Source of the DNA: an uncultured Eubacteriales bacterium
GTDB lineage: Bacteria > Acidobacteriota > Aminicenantia > Aminicenantales > Aminicenantaceae
Length of the DNA: 64,000 bases
Direction: 5' to 3'
Assembly: GCA_964445575.1 (NCBI GenBank)
Contig: CAYULB010000001.1
Span: 12,805 to 76,804 of the forward strand
In this document: in pieces, positions 19,825 to 28,380 of the stretch
Layout of the letters: each line of letters opens with the position of its first letter
How positions within the stretch are numbered: position 1 is the stretch's first letter
Position numbers and translations under genes: made by a program
Notes under the pieces: model-generated
Database searches by the model: none
What the model saw: the letters and a program-made list of their open reading frames with translations, nothing else
Told to the model about the DNA's origin: nothing

Positions 19825-20532
19825 TCATCCCATAAAACTCAAACTCAAGAGACCTATGCCGATGTTTAACAGGCTTTTGATCAGCCAGAATCCATAGGAT
19901 ATGAATAAAGCTTTCTTGAATTTGATTTTAAAGATAAAGGAGAGTCCGTACCCCAAAACCCAAAAGAGCCACAGTTGAAAAAAGTCGACTTGGCTTAATA
20001 TGATAAATTTTAGGGACATCACTTCGAGTTTTGGAAAAAGTAAGGCAAGGCTGGTGGTGGTCCCCATGTATGTTTTGCTTGTAAAAATCATAATGAGCCT
20101 AACCCCAGCCCCCAGAATTTTATCAATAAAAGAGGCGTGAATAAATGTGGAAAAGATTTGGACATAGTTCCCTTCCGTAGAAGTCATGCGTCCTAAAACC
20201 AGGAGGACCGCGGCTGACAATAAAAAGCCCAGTAAAACAACGATGGGGGTGAACACAAAGGATTGGAGTATGACTTGAACTTGAGATGGGTTTTGCATCC
20301 TTTCCAGTATCCTGTTGAACTGTTCCTCACCGATTCTTTCTTTAAGTTCCATGTTATTTTTAAAGGTCTGAATGCTGTCTTGTTGAGAATAAGGCTGGAC
20401 AAGGTAGGTGAAAAGTGAGGCGGCAATGAGCAGAATAATGAGAGCATTTTTCCAGGGCGCATGTTCTGCTATGGATTTGAATGTTTCTTGGGGATTAAAG
20501 AAGACTCCTTGGAGTCTGCTCAAAAAATTCAT
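19825..20532 (-). CDS. Yip1-family integral membrane protein (YknW-like)
   Basis: The N-terminus [33 protein letters not shown] is typical of bacterial Yip1/DUF1282 proteins. About 5 TM helices. The start overlaps the ABC ATPase stop (ATGA-type coupling). Confidence 0.6.
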   Translation of the reverse strand: MNFLSRLQGVFFNPQETFKSIAEHAPWKNALIILLIAASLFTYLVQPYSQQDSIQTFKNNMELKERIGEEQFNRILERMQNPSQVQVILQSFVFTPIVVLLGFLLSAAVLLVLGRMTSTEGNYVQIFSTFIHASFIDKILGAGVRLIMIFTSKTYMGTTTSLALLFPKLEVMSLKFIILSQVDFFQLWLFWVLGYGLSFIFKIKFKKALFISYGFWLIKSLLNIGIGLLSLSFMG

Positions 20533-21236
20533 GTTTTGGCTCCTCTTATTTCCTCTTTTTCAATCATTCCGTCTTTTATGTAGACGACTCTTAGGGCATG
20601 TCTGGCAATGTTGGGGTCATGAGTTACCATTATAACGGTATTCCCTTGGGAATGAATTTTATTAAACAGCTTTAAAATTTCTTCTCCGGTTTTTGAATCC
20701 AGATTTCCTGTAGGTTCATCTGCCAAAAGGATGGAAGGCTCATTGGAAAGAGCCCGCGCAATGGCTACTCTTTGTCTTTCTCCTCCAGACAGCTCAGAAG
20801 GGCGGTGGTCTTTTCGGTGGAAGATTTCTACCATTTTTAAAGCTCTTTCTGCTTTTTCTTTTCTTGATTTTTTGTTTTCACCTTTGTAAATCAGCGGAAG
20901 CTCCACATTATGGAAAGCTGTGGCTCTGGGTAAAAGGTTGAATACTTGAAAGACAAAACCGATTTCCTGATTCCTGATGAAGGCGAGTTCATTGTCATCC
21001 AGTGAGCTGACGAGTTTGTTTTTTAGGTAATATTTTCCTTTGGAAGGAGTATCAAGGCAGCCTAAGATGTTCATGATGGTTGATTTTCCTGAACCCGAAG
21101 GACCCATGATAGCTAAGAATTCATTTTTATTCACGGTGAAAGTGACGCCACAAAGAGCTTTGACTTCTTGTTTGCCCAGCTTATAGATCTTCCATAAGTT
21201 TTCAGCTGAAATGATGATGTTGTTTTGATTCATCAA
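20529..21236 (-). CDS. ABC transporter ATP-binding protein (MacB/LolD/YknY-type NBD, no fused permease)
   Basis: Walker [11 protein letters not shown]-loop, signature [15 protein letters not shown], Walker [14 protein letters not shown]-loop. Confidence 0.9.
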   Translation of the reverse strand: MMNQNNIIISAENLWKIYKLGKQEVKALCGVTFTVNKNEFLAIMGPSGSGKSTIMNILGCLDTPSKGKYYLKNKLVSSLDDNELAFIRNQEIGFVFQVFNLLPRATAFHNVELPLIYKGENKKSRKEKAERALKMVEIFHRKDHRPSELSGGERQRVAIARALSNEPSILLADEPTGNLDSKTGEEILKLFNKIHSQGNTVIMVTHDPNIARHALRVVYIKDGMIEKEEIRGAKT

Positions 21237-22459
21237 TAAGTTTCTTTTTTTTCTTCTTTTTTGACCAGCACGTCGTCCTTGAGCTGACGCAGAGCACTGT
21301 ATGGCCCTACGGCGATAATTTCGCCTTCTTGGAGTCCTGAAATGATTTCAATTTTTAGTTCACCCATTATTCCTTTCTCGACCGGACGGAACCTTGCCCT
21401 ATCCTCTTTGATCACATACACTCCCTCTTCCTGTCTCGTTTCAGTGATGCTTGATATTTCATCTGATTCTTTCAGCACCAATGCTGAAATCGGGACTGTG
21501 AGGACATCAGATTTCTCTGCCGTGATGATGTCGGCAGTGGCTGAGAGCCCGGGCTTCAGGTTTTCGGGAGGATTTTCCAGGGTAATAACAACTTTAAAAT
21601 CTTTTGATTCCTGAGTTCCTGACCTAGACTGAATGGCAGAACTTCCCACCTCTGTCACATGTCCTTTAATGATTCTGTCAGGGAATGCATCCACCCGGAC
21701 TTCTGAATATTGCCCCAGTTTGACTCCCACCACATCGGTTTCATCCACTTCCACATCGACTTCCATGACAGAGAGGTCAGCGATGGTCATCAGTACTGTC
21801 CCTGGATTGTTCATGGTACCAACGAGAGCTATTTCTCCTTCTTCCACGTTCAAACTGGTAATGATTCCTTCTATGGGAGAGTTATAAACAGTTTTTTCCA
21901 GATTATCCAAGGTGCTTTTGAGAGAAGCTTGGGCTTGTTTGATTTGGTATTCAATAGACTCAAGACTGGCTTTTGATATTTCGTACTGGGTCTGAGCTGA
22001 TTCAAGCTCTTCCCTGGAAATCAAGTTTTTCTCAAACAAGCTCTTTTTCCTCTCGAACACTCTTTGGTCGCTTTTCAGCTTCGCCTCTGCCTTTATTTTT
22101 TCAGCCTGCAAAGAACTTATATAAGCTCTGTCTCTTTCCGCACTTGCTTCATATTGAGTTGAATCAAGTTTAAGTAAAAAGTCACCCTTTTTGGCCTTCT
22201 GACCTTCTACGACTCCGATTTTTACGATTCTGCCAGCTATGTGGGCGCTGATGTTTACGTTTTTCTTTGGTTTGACTTCTCCAGAAGCAGAGATCTTGGA
22301 AGTAAGATTTTCTTTTTTGACTTTCTCTACGGTCACTGTTATGCTCTTTTCTCTTTGAGCGCGCAGGTTGATAAATATAATTAAGGCTATGAGTCCGATA
22401 ACTCCACTGATAATGATAAGTTTTTTCTTGGTTTTTTTGGTTTTATTTTTTTCGTTCAT
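21233..22459 (-). CDS. Efflux periplasmic adaptor (membrane fusion protein, MacA/YknX/HlyD family)
   Basis: ORF track 21233..22585. Start trimmed to ATG 22459 ([13 protein letters not shown], followed by a TM anchor). Coiled-coil hairpin, then lipoyl and beta-barrel segments. The 42-codon extension lies inside a repeat fragment. Confidence 0.85.
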   Translation of the reverse strand: MNEKNKTKKTKKKLIIISGVIGLIALIIFINLRAQREKSITVTVEKVKKENLTSKISASGEVKPKKNVNISAHIAGRIVKIGVVEGQKAKKGDFLLKLDSTQYEASAERDRAYISSLQAEKIKAEAKLKSDQRVFERKKSLFEKNLISREELESAQTQYEISKASLESIEYQIKQAQASLKSTLDNLEKTVYNSPIEGIITSLNVEEGEIALVGTMNNPGTVLMTIADLSVMEVDVEVDETDVVGVKLGQYSEVRVDAFPDRIIKGHVTEVGSSAIQSRSGTQESKDFKVVITLENPPENLKPGLSATADIITAEKSDVLTVPISALVLKESDEISSITETRQEEGVYVIKEDRARFRPVEKGIMGELKIEIISGLQEGEIIAVGPYSALRQLKDDVLVKKEEKKETY

Positions 22460-22565
22460 CGAGTGTCTCTCTCGGGCATTTTTATCATAGTACAGTACGG
22501 ATTTTTTAGCAAAGAGTTTTATGCGGGCTTGAACTGCGGTGAATGAAGAAGGGTGAGGGGAAATG

Positions 22566-22640
22566 TTTTTGAAAAAATCTTGCATATCACAGAAGTGATA
22601 AAGATAATAAGAACATCGCTGTTTTTTTGAATCAAACAGG
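22566..22640 (+). repeat. Partial copy (3' promoter-like module) of the intergenic TIR element family
   Basis: TTTTTGAAAAAATCTTGCATATCACAGAAGTGATAAAGATAATAAGAACATCGCTGTTTTTTTGAATCAAACAGG aligns with the last 75 nt or so of the element at 49461-49703. It contains TTGCAT (22580-22585), a 17-nt spacer and GATAAT (22603-22608). Confidence 0.6.
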
Positions 22641-23438
22641 ATGATTAATCCAATGGATTTAGATAAATATTTAGAAACCGCGGAGCAGGCGGCAAAAAAA
22701 GCTGGCTTAATGCTTATTCAGAATATCCGGTCAGACAGAGAGATATCCTATAAGGGAAAAGTGGATCTGGTAACAAATTTTGATAAACAATCTCAGGATA
22801 TCGTTTATCATACCCTGCTGAGTGAGTTTCCTGACCATGACATAATAGCTGAAGAAGGTCTTAAAGAAGAGAAGGGTTCGGATTTCAAGTGGGTTATAGA
22901 CCCAATAGACGGGACCACGAACTTTGCTCATAAATTTCCTGTATTCTGTATTTCTATTGCTCTTGAAAAAAGAGGAGAGGTTTTGACGGGAACTGTGTTT
23001 GATCCCACCCGCAATGAGTTGTTTGAAGCCAAAAAAGGAGAAGGGGCATATCTCAATAAGAGAGAGATAACGGTTTCCGATGTTCAAGAACTGGATAAGA
23101 GCCTTCTTGCGACTGGCTTTCCTTATGACATCAGAGAGAGTGAGTGGAATAACTTGGATCATTTTTCTCATTTTGCTGTGAGTTGCCAAGCCATCCGCCG
23201 GTGTGGTTCAGCAGCCCTTGACCTCTGCTATGTGGCCTGCGGTCGGGTGGACGGATTCTGGGAGCTTAAGCTGTCTCCATGGGATACTGCAGCAGGCGCT
23301 TTAATAGTGCAGGAGGCAAAAGGGTGTGTGACGGATTTCCATAATAAAAGATTCAATCCCCGCTATAAACAAGTATTAGCAACAAATGGAAAAATTCATG
23401 GACAGATGCTGGAAGTTTTAAAGCTTGGGAAAATATGA
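22641..23438 (+). CDS. suhB: Inositol monophosphatase family protein (SuhB-like)
   Basis: Motifs: WVIDPIDGTTNF, AEEG, GSAALDLCYVACG, WDTAAG. An alternative start at ATG 22653 is possible. Confidence 0.85.
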   Translation: MINPMDLDKYLETAEQAAKKAGLMLIQNIRSDREISYKGKVDLVTNFDKQSQDIVYHTLLSEFPDHDIIAEEGLKEEKGSDFKWVIDPIDGTTNFAHKFPVFCISIALEKRGEVLTGTVFDPTRNELFEAKKGEGAYLNKREITVSDVQELDKSLLATGFPYDIRESEWNNLDHFSHFAVSCQAIRRCGSAALDLCYVACGRVDGFWELKLSPWDTAAGALIVQEAKGCVTDFHNKRFNPRYKQVLATNGKIHGQMLEVLKLGKI

Positions 23439-23956
23439 TTAAACGAAAATCTCTTTTTTCATTTTTATTCACTCTGCTGAGCTGTGCCTCGGGTGTGTTG
23501 TTTCTGCTGGGGCAGGATAGGGAGCGGCCTCGGTTGGAAGAAAACAAGATCTACCGGATAGAAGTTCCGGCCGACCGCCATTGGGTGAGCACAGGCCTTG
23601 ATGTTGAAAAACGAGAAAGAATTTTTTTCAGTGCCGAAGGAACTGTTTCTCTTCAAAAAGGAAATCCCAGAGCCTACTGTGATCCCGATGGATACAACCT
23701 GAAGACCATGCAGCAGCCCATCACAGATAAAAACATCGGAGCATTGATTGGAAGGATTGTTTTGCTAATATCCATCGAAGAAGATGAAGAAACAGGGGAA
23801 GAAATCAGGAATGAGATTATAAAAGAATTCTTTATAGGAAGTAAAAACGAGGTTGAAATGCCTTTGGGAGGGGAGCTTCAGTTAGGTATCAATGAGCTTG
23901 TGGTTGAAGATAATGAAGGGGCATTCACTGTCAATATGCATTTGAGTGGTGAGTGA
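23435..23956 (+). CDS. Secreted hypothetical protein, possibly a PA-IL/LecA-like beta-sandwich
   Basis: Signal-like N-terminus. Pattern W.STG..V......FSAEG.......CDPDG....GALIGRI...FIG.....GGELQLGINE...DNEGAFTV resembles the LecA/PA-IL family. The start overlaps the suhB stop. Confidence 0.45.
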   Translation: MIKRKSLFSFLFTLLSCASGVLFLLGQDRERPRLEENKIYRIEVPADRHWVSTGLDVEKRERIFFSAEGTVSLQKGNPRAYCDPDGYNLKTMQQPITDKNIGALIGRIVLLISIEEDEETGEEIRNEIIKEFFIGSKNEVEMPLGGELQLGINELVVEDNEGAFTVNMHLSGE

Positions 23957-23969
23957 AATGAAAAGATTC

Positions 23970-25307
23970 TTATTTGGTTATGAGTTCTTCTAAAAATTGA
24001 GTGTTGTAGCGGCCTTTCAAAAAGTCTGAATTGGATAGAATGTTTAGATGAAGGGGGATATTCGTTTTGACTCCTACCAGGGCAGTCATTTCCAGAGCTA
24101 TCTGCATCTTTTTGATCGCTTCTTCTCTTGTAGGGGCATGTGAAATAATTTTGGCAATTAAAGAGTCATAGTAGGGGGGGATATTCCATCCCTGATAAGC
24201 CGCAGAGTCAATACGAATTCCTTGACCTCCAGGAAAAACAAGAAATTCGATCTTTCCAGGGGAAGGAGCAAATGAGACCGGATCTTCAGCGTTGATCCGG
24301 CATTCAATGCTGTGGCCTATAGGCTCTATGTCACGAGTGATGGTAAGCTTTTCTCCAGCTGAGATTTTGATTTGTTCTTTTATCAGGTCGATTCCATATG
24401 TCATCTCAGTTATAGGGTGTTCTACTTGGACCCTGGTGTTTGCTTCCATAAAATAAAAATTCTTCCTGCTGTCCACAAGAAATTCGAAGGTCCCTAAACT
24501 TTGGTAGTCTAAGTGTTCTGAAGCTGATTCTACAGATTTAATCATTTTTTTGCGCAGCTTTTCATCAATAAAGGGGGAAAGAGTTTCTTCCAGAACTTTT
24601 TGGTGTTTTCTCTGCAAAGAGCATTCTCTTTCGCCGAAAGCCATGACATGACCCAAAGAGTCCCGAATCACCTGAATTTCTATATGCCGGGCATTTTCAA
24701 AGTATTTTTCTATGTATAGGTTTGGATTGCCAAAAGCAGAACTGGATTCATTTTGTGCGATGACAAACTGGGACTCCAGGTTGGATGGAGAACGGACGAT
24801 CCGCATTCCTTTTCCCCCTCCGCCTGCCGCGGCTTTGAGTATAATGGGAAATCCAATCTTTTTTGCTGTGGTTTTAGCTGAGTTAAAATCTTTGACAATT
24901 CCCTCAGATCCAGGGAGAACAGGGAGTTTTGCCTTTTTCATTTCCTGGCGAGCCCTATTTTTATCTCCCATGATTCTCATAGTGGAAGCAGAGGGCCCGA
25001 TAAAGGTTATTCCTTCCTGTTGACAGATTTCAGGAAAACGAGGATTTTCAGCTAAAAATCCGTACCCGGGATGGATGGCTTCCGCTTTTGTGATGGCAGC
25101 TGCGCTTATTATATTGGGGATATTGAGATAACTCTCGCTTGCTTTTTCGGGTCCTATGCATACTTTTTCATCCGCAAGAGAGGTGTGAAGGGACTCCCTG
25201 TCAGCTTCTGAAAACACAGCAACTGTTTTGATGCCGAGTTCTTTAGCAGCCCGCATCACCCGGAGGGCAATCTCTCCCCGATTCGCAATCAGAATTTTTG
25301 AAAACAT
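23970..25307 (-). CDS. accC: Acetyl-CoA carboxylase, biotin carboxylase subunit
   Basis: MFSKILIANRGEIALRV, ATP-grasp GGGGKGMR, EMNTR-like EANTRVQVEHPITE. Confidence 0.95.
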   Translation of the reverse strand: MFSKILIANRGEIALRVMRAAKELGIKTVAVFSEADRESLHTSLADEKVCIGPEKASESYLNIPNIISAAAITKAEAIHPGYGFLAENPRFPEICQQEGITFIGPSASTMRIMGDKNRARQEMKKAKLPVLPGSEGIVKDFNSAKTTAKKIGFPIILKAAAGGGGKGMRIVRSPSNLESQFVIAQNESSSAFGNPNLYIEKYFENARHIEIQVIRDSLGHVMAFGERECSLQRKHQKVLEETLSPFIDEKLRKKMIKSVESASEHLDYQSLGTFEFLVDSRKNFYFMEANTRVQVEHPITEMTYGIDLIKEQIKISAGEKLTITRDIEPIGHSIECRINAEDPVSFAPSPGKIEFLVFPGGQGIRIDSAAYQGWNIPPYYDSLIAKIISHAPTREEAIKKMQIALEMTALVGVKTNIPLHLNILSNSDFLKGRYNTQFLEELITK

Positions 25308-25787
25308 TTATTTTGTTTTTATTGAAAATAGCTTTTGTCCATATTCCACAGGTTCTCCGTTTTCAACGAGTATATCCTCTACCTTACCTTCAATATCAGA
25401 TTCTATTTCATTCATTAATTTCATGGCTTCTATAATGCATAAAGTCTGGTTTTTTTCTATATTTTCTCCGATTTCTATAAAGGGGGGGGATGAAGGATCA
25501 GGTGATCTGTAAAATGTACCCACCATAGGAGAGGCAATGAAGTGAAGATTGTTGTCTTCTGATTTTTCCTTTATTTTCTCTGAAGTTTCTTTTTTTTCTG
25601 GACTTTTCTCTGCCGGGACAGGTTCGGAGACAGTCTTGACTTCTCTAACCTCTGGTTTAGGGTGTTCTCTGGTTATTTTTATTTTAAAGCCTTCTAACTC
25701 GAGTTCGAAATCAACCAGGTTCCTTTTTTCGAGCAGATCAATGAGTTTTGATATTTCCTTATAATCAATTTTTGATTTCATATCCAA
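25308..25787 (-). CDS. accB: Acetyl-CoA carboxylase, biotin carboxyl carrier protein
   Basis: Pro/Glu-rich linker and the biotinyl-lysine motif CIIEAMKLMNEIE. Confidence 0.9.
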   Translation of the reverse strand: MDMKSKIDYKEISKLIDLLEKRNLVDFELELEGFKIKITREHPKPEVREVKTVSEPVPAEKSPEKKETSEKIKEKSEDNNLHFIASPMVGTFYRSPDPSSPPFIEIGENIEKNQTLCIIEAMKLMNEIESDIEGKVEDILVENGEPVEYGQKLFSIKTK

Positions 25788-25829
25788 TCTCCCTTAAACC
25801 GGAGTCATTCTTTTCACACAGAAAATTAG

Positions 25830-26081
25830 CCTGGATTATTCACGAGTCGAGGTTGCTGCAGATGCGAGGCACAAGGCATGAAGGTGTGGTCCTTCACTGC
25901 GAATGCCTTGTAACGAAGCAGATGCAGTGAGATCGGCTCGCCGCAATGGTAAAAAAATGGCGATTAAAATTAGAATATAAATAAGAAAAAAGTTCAAGAC
26001 ATTGTTCTTGAAAATATCTTGGATATTGCTGAAAATGAATTAATAATGATATCATCGCCGTTTTTTTATGAACAATTCAGA
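25830..26081 (+). repeat. Intergenic TIR-bounded element, copy 1 (MITE/Correia-like; rod-hairpin cargo)
   Basis: Termini CCTGGATTATTCA (25830-25842) and TGAACAATTCAGA (26069-26081) are imperfect inverted repeats. The element aligns over its full length with copy 2 (29465-29720). Internal helices at 25843-25940. Confidence 0.75.
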
Positions 26082-26191
26082 TTAGTATTAAATTAATGGG
26101 AATGAAGGTAAATGTCAAGGAGAAGGAAGCTTTTACTCTTTTTGACTTTTTACTTATCAGAGAAGGGTGACAGGGACTTTAAAGCCCTGGG

Positions 26192-26219
26192 TTGGAACTT
26201 TGAGATGTTATGTTATAAT
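26192..26219 (+). promoter_or_regulatory. Extended -10 promoter candidate for ffh (TTGGAA-16-TATAAT with an upstream TG)
   Basis: TTGGAA at 26192-26197 and TGtTATAAT at 26211-26219. The ffh ATG at 26255 is preceded by GAGGA. Confidence 0.45.
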
Positions 26220-26254
26220 AAAAAACCAGCATTTTAAAAAAATGAGGACATAGA

Positions 26255-27586
26255 ATGTTAGAACAATTATCTGAAAGACTTCAAAATGTAATGAGATTCC
26301 TTCGAGGAGAGGGGAAAATTACAGAAAAGAATATGCACGAGGCTCTGAAAATGATGAGGATGGCCTTTCTCGAAGCGGATGTCAACTACAAGGTGGTTAA
26401 GGATTTTGAGATTCGAGTGAAGAAGAAATCCCTTGATGGAAAGGTATTGGCAAGTCTTACGCCAGCGCAGCATGTCATAAAAATCGTCAAGGATGAATTA
26501 ACGGTGATGCTGGGAGAAAAAGAGCAGGAAATCAAATATTCGGATACTCCTCCCTCAATATTTATGCTGGTCGGTCTTCAAGGCACAGGAAAGACAACCA
26601 CTTGTGGAAAACTGGCGAAAAGAGAGAGGGAGCTAAAAAATAATCCCCTGCTGGTTTCTTTTGATTTAAAAAGGCCTGCGGCTCAGGAACAGCTAAAGAC
26701 CATTGCCCGTTCGATCCATGTCGATTTTTATGAATTCTCCAAAAAACAAATGGACTCTCCTCAGAAAGCGCTGGAAGGTGTGGTAGAGTATGCCAAACAG
26801 CACAACCACAGCTCTCTTATTGTGGACACGGCTGGAAGACTGCACATCGATGATGAGCTTATGGGAGAATTGAAGTTGGTGAAGCAGACTCTTAATCCGG
26901 ATGAAGTGATTTATATCGGCGATTCTATGACAGGACAGGATGCAGTGAAAAGCGCTTCTGTTTTTGAAGAAAAGATTGGACTGTCTTCGATTATTTTAAC
27001 CAAACTTGACGGAGATGCTCGAGGGGGTGCTGCTCTGTCCACTGCAGCAGTTACTGGGAAGCCCATAAAGTTTATTGGGGTGGGAGAAAAATTTGATAAG
27101 CTGGAAGTATTTTATCCGGACAGAATGGCATCCCGGATCATTGGGATGGGAGACATGTTGAGCCTTATTGAAAAAGCAGAAAAAGAAACAGATATCAAAC
27201 AAGCAGAGGAACTGGCAAAAAGGTTGAGGAGAGATGAGTTTACACTTGAGGATTTCAAAAAGCAGATAGAGCAGGTTAAAAAAATGGGTTCCTTATCTCA
27301 GATTTTAAAGGGACTTCCATCTGGAGGTGTTTTTAAAAATATCAATAAGATCAATATTGATGATAAAAAGGTGAAGTATTTTGAAGCCATTATTAATTCC
27401 ATGACTCCTGAGGAAAGAAACAATCCAAAAATAATAGGCGGAAGCCGAAGAGTGCGTATTGCGAGAGGGAGTGGAAGACCTGTTTCTGAAGTAAACCAGC
27501 TCCTCAAACAGTTTTTTGATATGAAAAAGATTATGAAACAGCCTGACTTTAAGAAAATGATGTCCTCGTTCCCCTTATCTCATTAA
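26255..27586 (+). CDS. ffh: Signal recognition particle protein Ffh
   Basis: N domain, then G domain GLQGTGKTTTCGKLA, DTAGRL, TKLDGDARGGAALS, and a Met-rich M domain. Confidence 0.95.
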   Translation: MLEQLSERLQNVMRFLRGEGKITEKNMHEALKMMRMAFLEADVNYKVVKDFEIRVKKKSLDGKVLASLTPAQHVIKIVKDELTVMLGEKEQEIKYSDTPPSIFMLVGLQGTGKTTTCGKLAKRERELKNNPLLVSFDLKRPAAQEQLKTIARSIHVDFYEFSKKQMDSPQKALEGVVEYAKQHNHSSLIVDTAGRLHIDDELMGELKLVKQTLNPDEVIYIGDSMTGQDAVKSASVFEEKIGLSSIILTKLDGDARGGAALSTAAVTGKPIKFIGVGEKFDKLEVFYPDRMASRIIGMGDMLSLIEKAEKETDIKQAEELAKRLRRDEFTLEDFKKQIEQVKKMGSLSQILKGLPSGGVFKNINKINIDDKKVKYFEAIINSMTPEERNNPKIIGGSRRVRIARGSGRPVSEVNQLLKQFFDMKKIMKQPDFKKMMSSFPLSH

Positions 27587-27592
27587 AACAAG

Positions 27593-27621
27593 TTGACTTA
27601 TGTTTAAAATTTAGATATCAT
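27593..27621 (+). promoter_or_regulatory. Sigma70-like promoter candidate for the rpsP operon (TTGACT-17-TATCAT)
   Basis: TTGACT at 27593-27598, a 17-nt spacer, TATCAT at 27616-27621. Confidence 0.45.
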
Positions 27622-27658
27622 CACAAAACACAATAAAAGATGGAGTTAAGTGGTTTAA

Positions 27659-27922
27659 ATGCTTGCAATCAGATTAAGAAGACACGGCGCAAAGAAGAGA
27701 CCTTTTTATCGAATAGTCGTGATGGATTCGAGAAAACCGCGTGAAAGCAAAGCCAAGGAGACCATAGGATATTATAATCCTTTACAAAGCCCTCCTGAAA
27801 TCAATATTGATATAGAAAGAGCCCGATATTGGATAAGTAAGGGAGCTCAAGCTTCTAATACAGTACAGTCTCTTTTACATAAAGTTTCTAACTCAGAGAA
27901 ACAATCAGATAAACAAGCTTAA
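27659..27922 (+). CDS. rpsP: 30S ribosomal protein S16
   Basis: [25 protein letters not shown] is the canonical S16 N-terminus. Confidence 0.95.
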   Translation: MLAIRLRRHGAKKRPFYRIVVMDSRKPRESKAKETIGYYNPLQSPPEINIDIERARYWISKGAQASNTVQSLLHKVSNSEKQSDKQA

Positions 27923-27933
27923 AGGAGGTCACA

Positions 27934-28167
27934 GTGCAAGAACTAGTTGAAATGATAGCTAAATCATTGGTGGACAATCCGGAGAAAGTGGTAGTCTCTC
28001 AATTAGAAGGAGAACAGACCACAATCCTAGAACTCAAAGTTGCTCCGGAGGATTTAGGTAAAGTCATTGGCAAACAGGGAAGAACTGCTCGAGCGATCAG
28101 AGTTATACTCGGTGCAGCTGGGATGAAGCTGAAAAGAAGATTCAACCTTGAAATCATTGAAAAGTAA
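27934..28167 (+). CDS. KH-domain RNA-binding protein (YlqC/KhpA-like)
   Basis: GTG start. Motif [16 protein letters not shown] (the GxxG KH motif). Conserved position after rpsP. Confidence 0.85.
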   Translation: MQELVEMIAKSLVDNPEKVVVSQLEGEQTTILELKVAPEDLGKVIGKQGRTARAIRVILGAAGMKLKRRFNLEIIEK

Positions 28168-28250
28168 AGAATGAGTTAGCGAGTGAAAAGCAGTCAGAAT
28201 TCCAAGGAGGCAAGGCAGACTTAGAGAGAGAAAAAAGTTCACCAGGCTGA

Positions 28251-28373
28251 AAAAGTCTTAACAGTTGTTCTAAGAAGAAAGAGTGCAGGGGGGAAGCACT
28301 TCTGCAAGGATACAGAGAATTGACTTCTACATAAAGAACGATAACCTTAATGATTCCTCCAGAAGGGCTTTGA
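28251..28373 (+). pseudogene. rimM: Possible relic of the rimM C-terminus (about 40 codons with an in-frame TAA)
   Basis: Hand translation gives KSLNSCSKKKECRGEALLQGYRELTST*RTITLMIPPEGL*. The ..K.I.L..PEGL ending and the preceding (D/E)AL(I/L) segment resemble RimM C-termini. The position is exactly where rimM sits in rpsP-rimM-trmD-rplS operons. The in-frame stop is at 28332-28334. About 120 N-terminal codons are absent. Confidence 0.3.
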
Positions 28374-28380
28374 GAGTTGG

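Noticed and set aside
25748-25930. 60-aa ORF spanning the accB start region and the 5' half of element copy 1. Also the short ATGAAT-initiated ORFs at the element 3' ends.
   Set aside because: The reading frames are not conserved between element copies. The peptides that start at the ATGAA(T/C) motif stop after 5, 5 and 21 codons in different contexts. There is no Shine-Dalgarno.
28168-28250. Further rimM-like coding signal in the left part of the KH-trmD spacer
   Set aside because: All three frames are broken by stops and show no GKI..HG.KGE-type RimM N-terminal motif. Only the last 40 codons or so have any resemblance.
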